Below, in pieces: positions 12,813 to 25,829 of a stretch of DNA of 64,000 nt. The number at the start of each line of letters is the position of its first letter. The stretch's first letter is position 1. The stretch comes from Octopus sinensis (taxonomy: Eukaryota). The notes beneath the pieces are model-generated. The model worked only from the letters and a program-made list of their open reading frames with translations, ran no database searches and was not told the DNA's origin. The DNA is taken from assembly GCF_006345805.1 (NCBI RefSeq), contig NC_042997.1:199330001-199394000 (forward strand), in the 5' to 3' direction. Position numbers and translations under genes: made by a program.

Positions 12813-13384
12813 TATCTTTGTTAGTTTTGAAGTTAAATTCTTGATGCTAAAGCAGATAGGTTAGACTGCCCTGGCATGTTTACACGCTGCATGAAAGCTT
12901 TGCTTGTTTGATCAATTAGCATGCAATTTTTAGAAGAGATTTAGAAGAGACATTAGCGTTATTTTACAGAAACTATCTACCGAAACTATGAAAATTGAGG
13001 CAGTTTTTATTTTTGTATTTTTGCGGGGTTTTTTTTTTGCCTACTTGTCACAAGAAGCTGGCTTAAGTTCAAATCATTTTGAGTCTGGAGAAAATATCAG
13101 TTGACACCTCCCACTTGCATTTACATCATATTCTGACAGGAAACCAAGAATGATCTTACAGTCTTACCATTCTTGCAGTAACCCATATGAAAGAGTAAAC
13201 CACATGCTTAAATGATAAAGAGAAAAATGCATTGCAATGAAGTAGCAATTCTATTTCGTCTCTTCTCCTCTTCTTTCCCTCTGTTTTGTATGTAACTACC
13301 CCCAGACAGATTGTAAACACTCCTTATGTTCCACTCATGAGATGCCCCTGTGGCAAATAAAAGAAATCAACATCATCATTGTTG

Positions 13385-13555
13385 AGGCAGTAATGCTTAG
13401 CAGTATTTTGCCTCTCACTACGTTTTGAGTTCAAATCCCACCAAGGCTGACTTTACCGTTCATCCTTTCGGGATAGATAAATTGAGTACCAGGGTCGATG
13501 TAATCATCTTTCCTCCTCCCCACAAATTCCAGGCCTTGTGCCTATAGTAGAATGC
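13385..13555 (+). mobile_element. SINE family B (diverged)
   Basis: ttttgagttcaaatccc...catcctttcgggatagataaattgagtaccag. Confidence 0.7.
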
Positions 13556-13868
13556 ATTGTTCATGCCGGTGGCACGTAAAAAGCACCAACCGATCGTGGC
13601 CAATGCCAGTGCCACCTTGACTGGCTTCCTTGCTGGTGACACATAAGAAGCACCAGTCGATCGTGGCCGTTGCCAGCTTCCCCTGGCACGTAAAAAGCAC
13701 CCACTACACTCATGGAGTGGTTGGTGTTAGGAAGGGCATTCAGCTGTAGAAACACTGCCAGATCAGACTGGAGCCTGCTGCAGCCTCCTGGCTTCCCAGA
13801 CTCCGGTCACACCATCCAACCCATGCTAGCATGGAAAACGGACATTAAACAATGATGATGATGATGAC
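13556..13868 (+). mobile_element. RTE-LINE 3' UTR copy
   Basis: UTR modules plus (ATG)n tail. Confidence 0.8.
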
Positions 13869-13936
13869 ATGGCAGAATCTTTAGCAATTGGGGCAAAATG
13901 CTTAGCCCCTTACCCAAAATTTCAAGCCTTGTGCCT

Positions 13937-14376
13937 TTAGCAGAAAATACCCTCTTCACAGAATTGAGGTGGTTTCATGGCAAAGAATTCATCAAGGTAT
14001 CTTTTTACGTCATCCAAGGAATTGAAATTTTTACCATTAAGACTATTCTGCAGACACCTGAATAAGTGGAAATCCGAAGGAGCAATACCGGATGAATATG
14101 GAAGGTGGGGTAACACATCCCAGCTGAGCTGCAGCAATTTTTGTCTGGTTCCCAAAGCCTCAAGTGCTGAAAATGAACTTTCTTATCTTCCATTTTAAAG
14201 GGTCACAGAATTAACACAGCTTATAGGAACATAAACTTCTTCCACGAAAAGATAGCTTAAACTGTGCTCTAAATGGAGGTGTAGTCAAATCCTATTTTAT
14301 GGACTCAACCATGTTCTAAAATAAGTCAAAAGGTAAACTACGATAAATCGGCACAAACTTTCCGGACAACCCAATA
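13937..14376 (-). mobile_element. Internally deleted mariner DNA transposon
   Basis: TRQKLLQLSWDVLPHLPYSSGIAPSDFHLFRCLQNSLNGKNF resembles the mariner C-terminal HPPYSPDLAPSDYHLF (D34D) region; TIR-like TA-TTGGGTTGTCCGGAAAGT starts at 14376 on minus. Confidence 0.85.
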
Positions 14377-15646
14377 TTTAATACTTTCATTTTGCACCAT
14401 TTTTTGTGAACAAAAGCATCATTGGTAGCAAGTTTCCAATGCACCACTCACTAGTTCCACAAGACTCACAATGGTGAGACTGGCAAGGAACCATCTGTGC
14501 AATAAAGTATTTCTCAAAAGCAGCAGTTTATTCGTTTCTCCACAGTTGTACAGTATCAGTACTGCTTTATGCTGTTTTGAAAACACTTCTAATCAGCAGA
14601 GATACTCTCACAGGGTACTAAGTTATCCTCCACATTTCATCAGTATCTCTAGCCATATTTTAGTTAATACAATATAAACAAGTCCAGTGCTGAATTTGAT
14701 GAGATGTCATATCTGTTTAGATGAATAGCACGATGTATTTATTATCTTTTATGAGAACCTTCATTTGCATATTTGGCAGGAAATTTGGTAAGAAAATAGC
14801 TTAAGATTTAAAAGAACTACATAACCATTGGCAATTATCGACTTTAAACAACTAAATTTGAAACTCTGCAAGGCTGTCATAGAACTGGCTATCTAAATAA
14901 AGTTGTCGAAGAAATTCAAAGGTTTCACAAAATCCATAAGATTGGAATTTGAATTCTTTTGTTAAAGAGTTTTATAATGGTGCACACACAGATTTTATAT
15001 CCATTTTGTTTAACACTTACAGGTTTTCCATATATGTATGCTTGCCTGTATTTTTTCCCATTCATAGATTATGTTATTCTAATACCTCTCCATCGAAGCC
15101 CGAGTCAAAGGAAAGGAGATGAAATTTCCAAGCGATTTAAGTGCACAAGTCTCCAGTATCCAAGTGGTTAAAAAGTTTCAATTGAAGGGCACCCAGGAGC
15201 TATAACCTGGATATGTCCCTGGCCCTTACAGTGTAAGAAGTTAAAGGCTGAAAGACTTGCTTACAGTGAATGTCTCTTCCGCTGTTCAGTTCCCTTGATG
15301 GTTTCTTAACATCATCTCTCTTAGAAATAATCTGATGACTTAAAATTTTAGCTTACTTTTCAGGGAGCTGGAATTAAGCATTGACTTCATTGAGGTATTA
15401 AGAGTGTTTGGTGTGGCTCTCTGCACTTGTAGCTCAAATCTTTCCTAGGTCAACTTTGCCTTTCATCCTTTCAAGTTCAGTAAAATAAAAGACAGGCTGG
15501 TAAACTAGTGGAGTTGTTAGAGAACCAGATGAAATGCCTTGTGATACTTGTTCTGGCTCTTTGCATTGTGAGTTCTTGAGTTGTAGACACAATCTATTGT
15601 CCAGCTTAACACCATAAGCTGGAGTGATGGCATTTGGTGGTCTGTA

Positions 15647-15873
15647 TAAGGTGGCAAGCTGGCAGAATCATTAGCATGCCGGGCGAAATGCTTAGCTGAA
15701 TATCATCTGCCGCTACATTCTGAGTTCAAATTCTGCTGAGGTCGACTTTGCCTTTCATCCTTTCAGGGTCAATTAAATAAGTACCGGTTATGCACTGGAG
15801 TCGATATAATTGACTTAATCCATTTGTCTGTCCTCTCTGTGTTTAGCCCCTTGTGGGTAGTAAAGAAATAAGT
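15647..15873 (+). mobile_element. SINE family B, full length
   Basis: 15-bp TSD atttggtggtctgta at 15632-15646 and 15874-15888. Confidence 0.9.
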
Positions 15874-16091
15874 ATTTGGTGGTCTGTAGTGGTGTTTACT
15901 CCATTGTAAACATTCAGGCCAAGGCTCTGGTTTGAGGATAACTTCCTATTTTCCTCCCATCAGTCTCAGAGATCATGAAAGCCCAAAGGATCACAAATAC
16001 TGTCCTTCTCTCCTTGACTGAGCATTAAAAAAAAAAAATCCTTCAGATCTTTATTGCTATCTTTTTTATTATAACAGTTCATATTTATGGA

Positions 16092-16258
16092 GTTTCTAGT
16101 GTCACAGATCATAGCTACAGTAGTTCTGTTATCAGAAAACAGTTACAGTTGTTCTACTGTAATAGGTAATAAATATACGGTTTCTATTGTAACAGAATAT
16201 AGCTGTAGGGTTTTTACTGTATCAGAATACAGTTCCAACATTTCTATTGTTAACAGTG
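16092..16258. repeat. Degenerate ~30-bp tandem repeat
   Basis: Units such as gtttctattgtaacagaatatagctgtagg / gtttttactgtatcagaatacagttccaac. Confidence 0.55.
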
Positions 16259-17160
16259 TTGTCTTGTAAAACATGCTTTAATGAGCATATTGAGAACATA
16301 TATGTATTTTTACGAAATAATCACAACAAAATCTAAATCGGTGTGTATTTATTTAAACATACTTGTTTTACTTTTTCTTCTAATTTCTAATTTGTCTTTT
16401 GAAATACACATTTTTCTCTTTATTTCTTTTTAACAAATTATTTATCGATAAATTGTTTTCAAATTTTCAGAACATATTTATTTATCCATATTTGCTTTAT
16501 TTTAAACATTGTCGCACATAAAACTTCGCTTTACACTATATTTAATGCTGATTTATATTGTTCCATTCTATTTGATGTTATCTTTATTCACTTTTTTTTT
16601 TTAAATATAGAGCATGTCTGGAAAACAGCTTAGACAATCAAAAAGTTAACGTTCAGTTTCATATTATGCAAATATATACAAATGAAATGTCTATTTACTA
16701 TGTCTAAAACATGAAATTATTTCTCCAACTCATGTGACTATTTAAATGTCAGATAAGTTTATTGCTTATAACACTGTTCTCCAAGTTTGAACAAACAATA
16801 AACTTACATACAGAGTAAATACCAAATTTTGGTTGTTTACTGCCTCACAAAATTTGTATTATGTTGGCTTTCTACAAAATCTAATAAATATATGGCTGTC
16901 ATTTATATATTTTCAATGGATCGTTAGTATTAGTTTTACTCGTCAAAACTGCATTATATGTCTAGCCCAATTAGAATAGATTATAATTTTAGTAAAAAAT
17001 TGCATAATTGCTTGAATTATGTTTATATGGAAAACTATCTGCAGAATTCTGGTGATGAAATAAGACAGTATTGATGGTTAAATAATTAAGATTGCATATC
17101 AAAGAGGCCATGGTTATAATTGACTCATATAAAGAGATATCATGAATAGCAATTTATGAA

Positions 17161-17388
17161 CCCTTTTGTTACCATATTTCTACCTTTGTTACCATTTCTA
17201 CCTTTGTTTCAATCAGTTTTTAAAATAGTGAAGACTTTAGTGAAATAATTATGTCGTTATTAAGTTGCCGTTTGAAATGTAAATTAACATGAAATTTAAA
17301 AGAAAGATTTTTCATTTAGATCACTTTGAAACCGGAAGTTTGTGTCAAAGAGCCAGAGACAGCCTCCGGTAGGTTGTTATCAAAAGGG
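17161..17388. mobile_element. piggyBac-like MITE (related family)
   Basis: Ends cccttttgttacc ... tatcaaaaggg|ttaa; left TSD decayed (tgaa). Confidence 0.75.
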
Positions 17389-17783
17389 TTAATGTATTCA
17401 TATTGTAAGGATAGTTGTGGTGGTGGTGGTGATGGTGGTAGGGATGGTTTCTCGCAATATCTGTGAAAGATACATTTGTATCATGAGGTTGAAGTAGAGT
17501 TGAAGGATATGTATTTTAGCAGAACAGGAATATAGTTTAACCATGTTATAACTGGATATTTCTCAACCGTTTACTGTTCTCTTTGCACATTTTAAAAATA
17601 TGCAAAACAAAGCAACATTATGTGTTCTAACAAGCAGCCTGTCATCTTTCTTCACAAGCTTTCAATAGATTCTCGATGTCCTATGTACCCCAGCTTTTCA
17701 AATTTAATATCCTTCAATTTATATTATCCTCTCCTCATTTGCATTGATTACTTATATAATATACAGTGCATAAATGCAGGAAT

Positions 17784-18127
17784 TAGTGAAGGCGCATCGC
17801 TCAGTGGTTAGAGCGTCGAGCTTACGATTGTGAGGTTGTGAGTTCAAATCCTGGACTGGGCTGCGTTTTGTGTTCTTGAGCAAGACACTTTATTTCATGT
17901 TGCTCCAGTTCACTTAACTGTAGAAATGAGTTGCGACGTCACAGGTGCTAAGCTGTATCAGCCCCTTTGCCTTTCCCTTGGCTGACACTGGTGGAGTGGC
18001 GAGGGGAGGCCAGTATGCATGGGCGACTGCTGGTATTCCACAAACAACCTCGCCCGGACTTGTGCCTGGGAGGGTAACTTTCTAGGTGCAATCCCATGGT
18101 CTGTGTCGTGACCAAAGGGGATCTTAG
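17784..18127 (+). mobile_element. tRNA-headed SINE (family D head, distinct tail)
   Basis: A box gctcagtggttagagc, B box gagttcaaatcc; 12-bp TSD aaatgcaggaat at 17772-17783 and 18128-18139. Confidence 0.9.
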
Positions 18128-18413
18128 AAATGCAGGAATGAAATCTGTTTAGGCAGTGCAGCCCCAGTCCAAAGTTTTTTACAAACAAGATAGATTTTTT
18201 TCAGTCTTAATATTAAAAACAAATACAGGTATAATAATAATAATTATTATTTTAAAATTTGCACAGGAATCAAATAAGATAAATCCAATAATAGAAAAGT
18301 TGTTTCAAACCAGTCCAAAATGTTTATATTGATCCCACAAAATCTTAGGGATGTAACAGCTAATGCTGTCCCACCCCCGGTTCCAAAGCCTATGATTCAG
18401 TGCCATTCTTTAA

Positions 18414-18633
18414 CCCTTTTGTTACTGTATTTATTTTGAGATACTCTGGGTTTATTTCAATTACTTTAAATATAAGAAAGAATTTAGTAAAATAACTTAG
18501 TTATCATTCAGCTAGTGTTAGGAACATAAATTGTGACTAAGGTTTGGTGCAAGATTTTAATTCAAAACTTATGAAAGCAAGAAATTTGTACTCAGAACCA
18601 GAGCAGGTTTCAGCCAGGTTGGTAACAAAAGGG
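18414..18633. mobile_element. piggyBac-like MITE
   Basis: TTAA flanks at 18410-13 and 18634-37; reverse copy of 10540-10760. Confidence 0.85.
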
Positions 18634-19162
18634 TTAAACATTATAAAACATCAAACTGAACATTGATAGATGGTCAATTTTCGCTTACTTCAGATCAGAG
18701 TTAACTTGATCACATATCACAATGTGTCACATACTAAACAGAAGAAATAACAAAAGCTTTAAGTAATTAATTTTACCATCGGAAATTAGTTATCTAGTAT
18801 CAGAAAAATAACATTTTGTTTTTACCGAATGCAAAAACTTTATGAATAATAATTCACTTTTCAATAATTAACAAAAACTGTAACTACATTACTAAAAAAG
18901 CCTGTAGTCTCATGAAATAGGTAATTTGTAGTATTACATAAGTCTGATGATCTGAAAATTCAGTTATTGGGAATTCTTTGTTTTTGTTAGTTATGACTTG
19001 ACAACACAGAGACACCTAATCAACACAATACTTATCAGAACTTTAAAAAAACAGAAATTACTGCTTTTAAGATAGTGTAACCCCAAATTCATTGTTTTGA
19101 CAAATATTTTCCATCTCACTGAAGATGATTTAGCTCCATTTTTATTTACTTTACACAGTGAC

Positions 19163-19592
19163 TTGGTGGTAAGTAGCTTGCTTACAAACCACATGGTTTC
19201 GGGTTCAGTCCCATTGCTTGGCACCTTGGGCAAGTGTCTTCTTCTATAGCGTCGGGCTGACCAAAGCCTTGAGTGGATTTGGTAGACGGAAACTGAAAGA
19301 AGCCTGTTGTGTGTATATATATATATATATATATACATATATGTATATATGTGTGTGTGTGTTTGTGCATGCATGTGTATATGCATGTGTGTATGTTTGT
19401 GTTTGTCCCTCCAACATCACTTGACAACCGATGCTGGTGTATTTACGTCCCCATAACTTAGCGGTTTGGCAAAAGAGACCGATAAAATAAGTACTAGGCT
19501 TACAAAGAATAAGTCCTGGGGTCAATTTGCTTGATTAAAGGTGGTGCTCCAACATGGCCACAGTCAAATGACTGAAACAAGTAAAAGAGAGT
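19163..19592 (+). mobile_element. SINE family A
   Basis: Head, internal (TA/TG)n and tail gtcaaatgactgaaacaagtaaaaga. Confidence 0.85.
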
Positions 19593-19912
19593 AATTAAAA
19601 TTTACTGTGCAGAAGTAACCATAGCAAATTGCTGAAATTCAATTGCGTATTTTTCACATGAAGCTACAAGATGTATAATTAGTAGGAATCCTAGTTTTAA
19701 AGTGCTCTAACAAGGAAATAATAAGCTAAGTTACTCAGCAAAATTACATATCTGTTTACCTGTCTACGTATTTATGTATACACACACACACACGCGCGCA
19801 CAAGGATTAACAATATGTGTGAGTGTGTATGTATGTGTATATGTTATATATATTGTATTGCATGTATATGTATGAGTATATCTGATATATATATTGCATT
19901 ATATATATTATA

Positions 19913-20151
19913 TCATCATCGTCATGTAATGTCTGTTTTCCATGCTGGCATGTGTTGGACGGTTTGACTGAGGTTTGGAGGGCCAGCGGCTGCACCAGGC
20001 TCCAGTCTGATCTGACCATGTTTCTACGGCTGGATACCTTTCCTAATGCCAACCACTTTGAGAGTGTAGTGGGTGCTTCTTATGTGCCACTGGCACAGGA
20101 GCCAGTCACAGGACACTACATATATAAGTATACACACATATATAAATATAT

Positions 20152-20199
<48 letters not shown>

Positions 20200-20370
20200 A
20201 TATATATTACATAAAGAAATATACATACATATATATTACATATATAAATATACATACAGATATATATATATATATGTATGTATATATATATATATTGCAT
20301 ATATAAATATATACATACATATTTGTCCAACCCATGCTAGCATGGAAAGCGGATGCTAAATGATGATGAT
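19913..20370. mobile_element. Two oppositely oriented RTE 3' ends around a compound (CA/TA)n microsatellite
   Basis: Minus copy ~19913-20110 and plus terminal ~20325-20370; (CAT)n on the left, (ATG)n on the right. Confidence 0.7.
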
Positions 20371-20959
20371 ATGTACATATATAAAGTAAAACAGTACATT
20401 TTACAAACATTTTCTATAGAGGCTTTTTGTTATTTCCCTATCTGTGAAGCAATTACATTTCATTCATAATTTTTTTCCTTTTACATCATTATGCATCTAA
20501 ATTAATAAAACCTCATTCCATTGGCTCATCTGAATTATTTCCCTTGGCTTGCTTTTCGGTACTATGCAAATTAAACTGGCTATAAACTAACCATTGTTAT
20601 TCACTTTCTACTAGTAAAAGTCTCTGTCTATTGATCAAAGCAGGCTTGAAAAGACTATGCTTCACTGGTGAAGGGGAATGATACCAAAACATGTCTGTAA
20701 TTGTTATCTTGCCCGCTAACATTTTTTTAAAGTTAGATTATATCTAAAATCATTAAAATTCAATTCGCAGTAAGCTTTAATTTCTTCAATTATCTCCTTC
20801 TTTCTTTAAGTGTCACTAACAATTACCTCCTCTATGCAGAGTTCTGTTTTCTTAGGTACATAAAGAAGTGAATTTCAATTCATTTAAAATTTGTTAGGCT
20901 ATTTGGTGATTCATCAAATGCCTGAATTATTTAATTTAATTATATAAGAGTGATAGTTC

Positions 20960-21450
20960 CAGCCTACAGTATCCCATACTCAATGTTTCATGCATCCATA
21001 CTTGGTCAATCTTCAGATAATCTAGCAAGTAGAATAGATACCAATCACCACTAATTTATGCCAGCACCATTACAAGCTTTGTTGACTTCCAGTTAGTCTA
21101 GCATATAGTAAGTTGATCTATGCACTTGCACTGGTCTAGATGTTTATATTAAGTCTGGTTTGATAGCTTTGTTGAAGTTGCACTTGTTCTTATGTCAACA
21201 CTTAGAAATTCGCTCTGATCTTCATTTTCAAGTATGTTTCCATAGGGTGATTGAAGTATTTTTCAACATTGTAGAGACTACTGTAACTTTTACGAGGGTT
21301 GTACTTGCTGCTGAATGTAATATAGACCAGGCAATATATATCATCACGCTGTATATTACTGATAATTACTGATCAGTATATTACCATCAAGTCTGCTAGT
21401 TAATAATGTCGTAAGAGATTGATGAATGTCAGAACATAATCAAACACAAT
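20960..21450 (-). mobile_element. Possible Penelope-like RT fossil
   Basis: Minus frames give IQRDDIYCL...YFNHP and ENEDQSEFLSVDI, resembling YVDD...HP...E.E....FLDV; heavily decayed. Confidence 0.35.
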
Positions 21451-22064
21451 GGAGTCTATACACGGTTTCTTTACTACTTCTAGAGCTCACTCACTTTTAC
21501 GCTTAGAATTGCAAGTACTGGGCTTTCTTTTTTTTTTTTGTGTTCTGTTGAAGCAGTGAAATATTAAATTGGTGCATAATTATTGCAGCTTTTTTCAATA
21601 AATTTTATTCGACAAAAACAATAACAGCATTTAACAAAAACACCTTATTTTTGTTGAAAAAAGTGTCTTGAAAAGAAGCCGCAATAATTATGCACCAACC
21701 TAATAGTTATTTATTTGAGGTAATTTATCTCACTGGGATGATTAATCTATGGCTTCGTTTATGTAATCCTAACTTAAAAACCAATGAATTGGTAAAATCC
21801 CTTATCAAGCATTGCACAGGTTTCAGACATCTTGGATTCATGGCAATTGAACATATCTGTGTGTGTATATATATTCTCTAGTTTAAGTTGAATCTATGTA
21901 TTAAGTCTTTTCATCAGCAAATGTTCTGTTGTTATTCTTAAAATTTTTTGTAGAATAGTAATCTTAATTAAATACACATATATACACACATAAGTGTCTA
22001 TGTATGTATATGTTGTCTGGTCTGGAGTGATGTGGTGAGTGAGTGTGTGTATGTTTGTTGCAAC

Positions 22065-22240
22065 ATAAAATGCACCCAATACACTGTGTAAAGTGGTTGC
22101 CATTAGGAAAAGCATCCAGCTGTAGAAACCATGCCAATACAGACTAACTGGAGCCTGGTGCAGCCCTCCAGCTTGCCACTCCAGTTGAACCATCTAACCC
22201 ATGCCATCATGGTAAGCAGATGTTATATGATGATGATTAT
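22065..22240 (+). mobile_element. RTE-LINE 3' UTR copy
   Basis: gcatccagctgtagaaacc...tgatgatgat. Confidence 0.7.
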
Positions 22241-22947
22241 GATAAATAATTTTGTTGAAAGGAATTCACAGATTCTAAATTTTTCAAATATAATTTGTAA
22301 TCATGTTATATGATTAAAGAAAAAATTACCCTCAAGCCAGCTAACTAAATTGATGACGGCTGCTTGATGTTATACATCTCTATTGTAACAATAAAAAATA
22401 TCAATAGAAATTGGGTTAAATCAGTAATTAATGTTTTCATTATGAATATATTTTGAAAGACATTTACTACACAAAGCTAATAATTGTAGGTAGAATATAA
22501 TCTCTCTTAATATTCACATAAATTCTAAACAGATTATTTTTGATTTTTTTTTTTGATTTTTTTTTTTATACATAATATTCTCTGCAACAAACTTTGTATC
22601 TGTGGAGAGTTCAAACTCATTTGGCTTTGCAAAGTAGACTGAAGTGTAAACTAAATCTCACATGTTAGAGACAATTATTATTAAAAACCTTATTCATAAT
22701 GTAGGCTAAAATATATGCGTGTGTATGTCTAAGTGCATATATATTCATATATATCAATCAAAGTGTGCAGTTTTATATATCCATTACAGCTGATCTTACC
22801 AATCGGTTTTGCATTAGGGGTTCAATGGAGTGTTTAGTAATAGTCCGATTATGAAACCTTGTGCTCTTCAGAAGTAGCCGTTATGGAATGAAATATGGCA
22901 TGTACACTTACACACACACAAACAACAAGTAACTTAAGAACTTTTAA

Positions 22948-23164
22948 CACTTTAGCATTTAAACTGGCCGTAACCAACCCAAATAGTCTACTTGTTTTAT
23001 GCTCAAACTAGCCAGATTTAAACTCTTACACCTACCCTACAATGTAATCCTAAAATTAAACAACCACACCATCGAAATCCCAAAGCAATGAAAAAGTGCA
23101 TGATCAATTCAAAACATTGATGCATAACCATTACATTTGGCAGATTAATCTGAATGTGAAATGG
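22948..23164. mobile_element. piggyBac-like MITE (second family, diverged)
   Basis: ttaa|cactttagcattt ... gaatgtgaaatgg|ttaa. Confidence 0.55.
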
Positions 23165-23379
23165 TTAAAGCGAGAATGGAAATGAACATTGCTCAAATGA
23201 ATGCATACAGATCTTCAGAAGACCAATTCTTGATAAAAAGCTTACACTGTTTCAGCAGTGAAACTTTTCAATATTCTTTATATCACTAGAATCAATTCAG
23301 ATGAACACATGAAGAAACAAATTCCATTTTACTTGGCATGTATAGACAAAGTGAAGAGGAAATAAGGCACATGTTTTAG

Positions 23380-23435
23380 TATAAGAATTCAAGAGATTCT
23401 ATTTTATTGGTTGAGATAATGGCAGATTCCCTGAG
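23380..23435 (+). CDS. Candidate exon (YKNSRDSILLVEIMADSL)
   Basis: Acceptor tgttttag, donor GAG|gtatgc, 56 nt, open only in phase 0. Confidence 0.3.
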
Positions 23436-23566
23436 GTATGCTGAATGGAACTGGTGTTAATCGTAACTGTAGTTGAGCTCCAACTTAAAACACATGCAAG
23501 TAATACATATATATTTTACAGAATATAATAAATCTCTGAACGAGGTATAGACAGTAACTGCACAAC

Positions 23567-23912
23567 AATGTGAAGTATATTTGCCATCTCAATATGGCTA
23601 ACCACTAAGAATGGATGTTACTGTAGCTTGTAGCCCCAGGAGAACATCTTCTCCAGCTGGCTATTGACACACTTTCTGTGCCCTAAAACTGGTGATTGTT
23701 GTGTGCTGATGAGGGGTCAATACCCAAAAACTGCAGTCCGTACGTATTACTTAGGTTGATGAGGGAAGGATGACCTCCCTTTGCAAATACCGACAGGGCA
23801 CAGTAAGTGTGTCAATAGCCAGCTGGAGAAGATGTTCTCCTGGGGCTACAAGCTACAGTAACATCTATTCTTAGTGGTTAGCCATATTGAGATGGCAAAT
23901 ATACTTCACATT
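23567..23912. repeat. 118-bp inverted repeat with a 110-nt spacer containing a decayed hammerhead
   Basis: Arms 23567-23684 and 23795-23912, 2 mismatches; CTGATGA core at 23706. Confidence 0.9.
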
Positions 23913-24157
23913 TTACAGAATACTTTACAACTTAAAAAATATTTTTTTGATAAAATTGAGCCTGGCAGCTAAATTAAACATTGCTGTCAGCCGTATTTTT
24001 GGTACTCTTGTTCTGTATGATCTGATATATCTATATTATCTTTTAAATTATAATGTGAGTTGTTTAATGGCACCGACAGAATCTTCATTCAAGCACACCA
24101 AAACAGAATAAAGACATACATTGTTCTATCAAGGAAATTTCTTTACTTTCTTTATAG

Positions 24158-24223
24158 TGGCAAATTCACCTGATAAAACTAAGGATGACTCCTCTATTGG
24201 ATCTAAAAATGGTCAAGTGTCAC
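24158..24223 (+). CDS. Candidate internal exon (ANSPDKTKDDSSIGSKNGQVS)
   Basis: Strong acceptor tttctttactttctttatag, consensus donor |gtaagt, 66 nt frame-preserving. Confidence 0.6.
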
Positions 24224-25829
24224 GTAAGTCATACTCCAATTCAATATGTGTTTGATCCTCATTTGGCCATTTCTGAAATAAGGTCACTTAGAAGAGAAAC
24301 TGTGTAGTGGTATTTGTTTTGCTTTTTGTCGTGGTATATCGATGTTGTCATTTAGTTTAACCAAAAAAAAAAAAAAAAAAGTACCCCTTTTTAAGTACTC
24401 TTCCCCGCATATGAACACCTTGTAGTTATTGCTTCTTAGATGCTAGGCTTTAAACATATTGTTTGGTTTTTGTTTGTGAATAGTTTCCAATGTTGATATT
24501 ATATCCTCAAAATAAATATTTGTATTTTTTGCCTTTAAAATAAATGTAAGCTTGAAACATTTCTTTTTATTCTTAGAAATTCCTTTTTTTTCCTTAATTA
24601 TGCTGATTAATCACTTTCATTTGCAATTCAATATCAAACGTAATTTTATAAGATATTATCATTAATCTTGAAATATCCAGACCCCTACTATTAAATGACT
24701 TCATTTAGCCATATTAATTTTTCTAATAAACTATTAGCCATTTGATAATGATAACCAGTGACTTGCATAAAGAACATACAGAAACATTGCAAAGAATTAA
24801 TATTATTACGAACTTGGGAGCTCATATTTTGTGTCACTTATTAAATTTATGAAGCAGTTAACAATAGTTCAATAACTGTGATTTATATGTATAAACCAAC
24901 AATATAAAGTTATATTTTTTTTTATCGCTTTTCATTAATATTTTTCTATAAATTATAAAGCAACAAACTTCATTACATTAGATGTATTTATTGCACAAGG
25001 GATACTTTCAGATAATAATAAACTTGCTTTAATGTTTAAAAAGAATGTAAATTTATTTTTACCCTGCAATTTTATTTTACTATCAGCAAGGAGAAATAAA
25101 ACTTAAACTGAGAACATAAATCATAAGAAGCTAGATGTGGTTTCTTTAAAAATGACCAGTACGAATTAAGCAGAAATGTTTATTTTCAATGTCCTTGTAA
25201 TGAAAGAAAATTTTCAGTTTCTAAATTCAATCCCATCGTATGAAGCAGTTTACATAAAAAAAATTTAAATGCTTCCAGACTTATTATGTTGAGAGTTTAT
25301 GATGGGAGGGTTTATGACAGAACAATTATATTAATATATCAACAAAGCTCCTTATATTAATATCATGTTTCTATTCGTTATCACATTGTTTTAAAAATTT
25401 CAAAGACATATTAACCATTTAGCCCTATTTTGTCACTAAAAACGAATGTCAAAAGGCAATTTTTCTAATTTTTTGCTCCTAAGTTAATATTGATGTTATC
25501 ATTTTTTAAATTTCACTTTTTAGTCTCTCTTAGTTATGTTTTGTTGTCTTATAACCATTGCAATTGTAATTGATAAATACTGTGTACTAAATTATATTTA
25601 TATTCATCATTTACATTCATAAGCTCAAACATCTACCTTGATTACCTGAATAAGCAGGAGACCATCAAACCTCAAATCATTCTTTCCAACACCAACTAAA
25701 TATCATAGAATCAGTTTTATCTTGTAACCTATCCGTCAGGATAATAAAACTCAACTCACATAATCATATAAAAGCTCATGGCATTATATGACATAAATGC
25801 ATGAGTTTTAATATTTAGTGAAGAGTAAA

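Noticed and set aside
17790-17865. tRNA gene (also similar heads at 50531 and 55250-55318)
   Set aside because: A/B boxes are present, but there is no complete cloverleaf and the sequence continues into a SINE body
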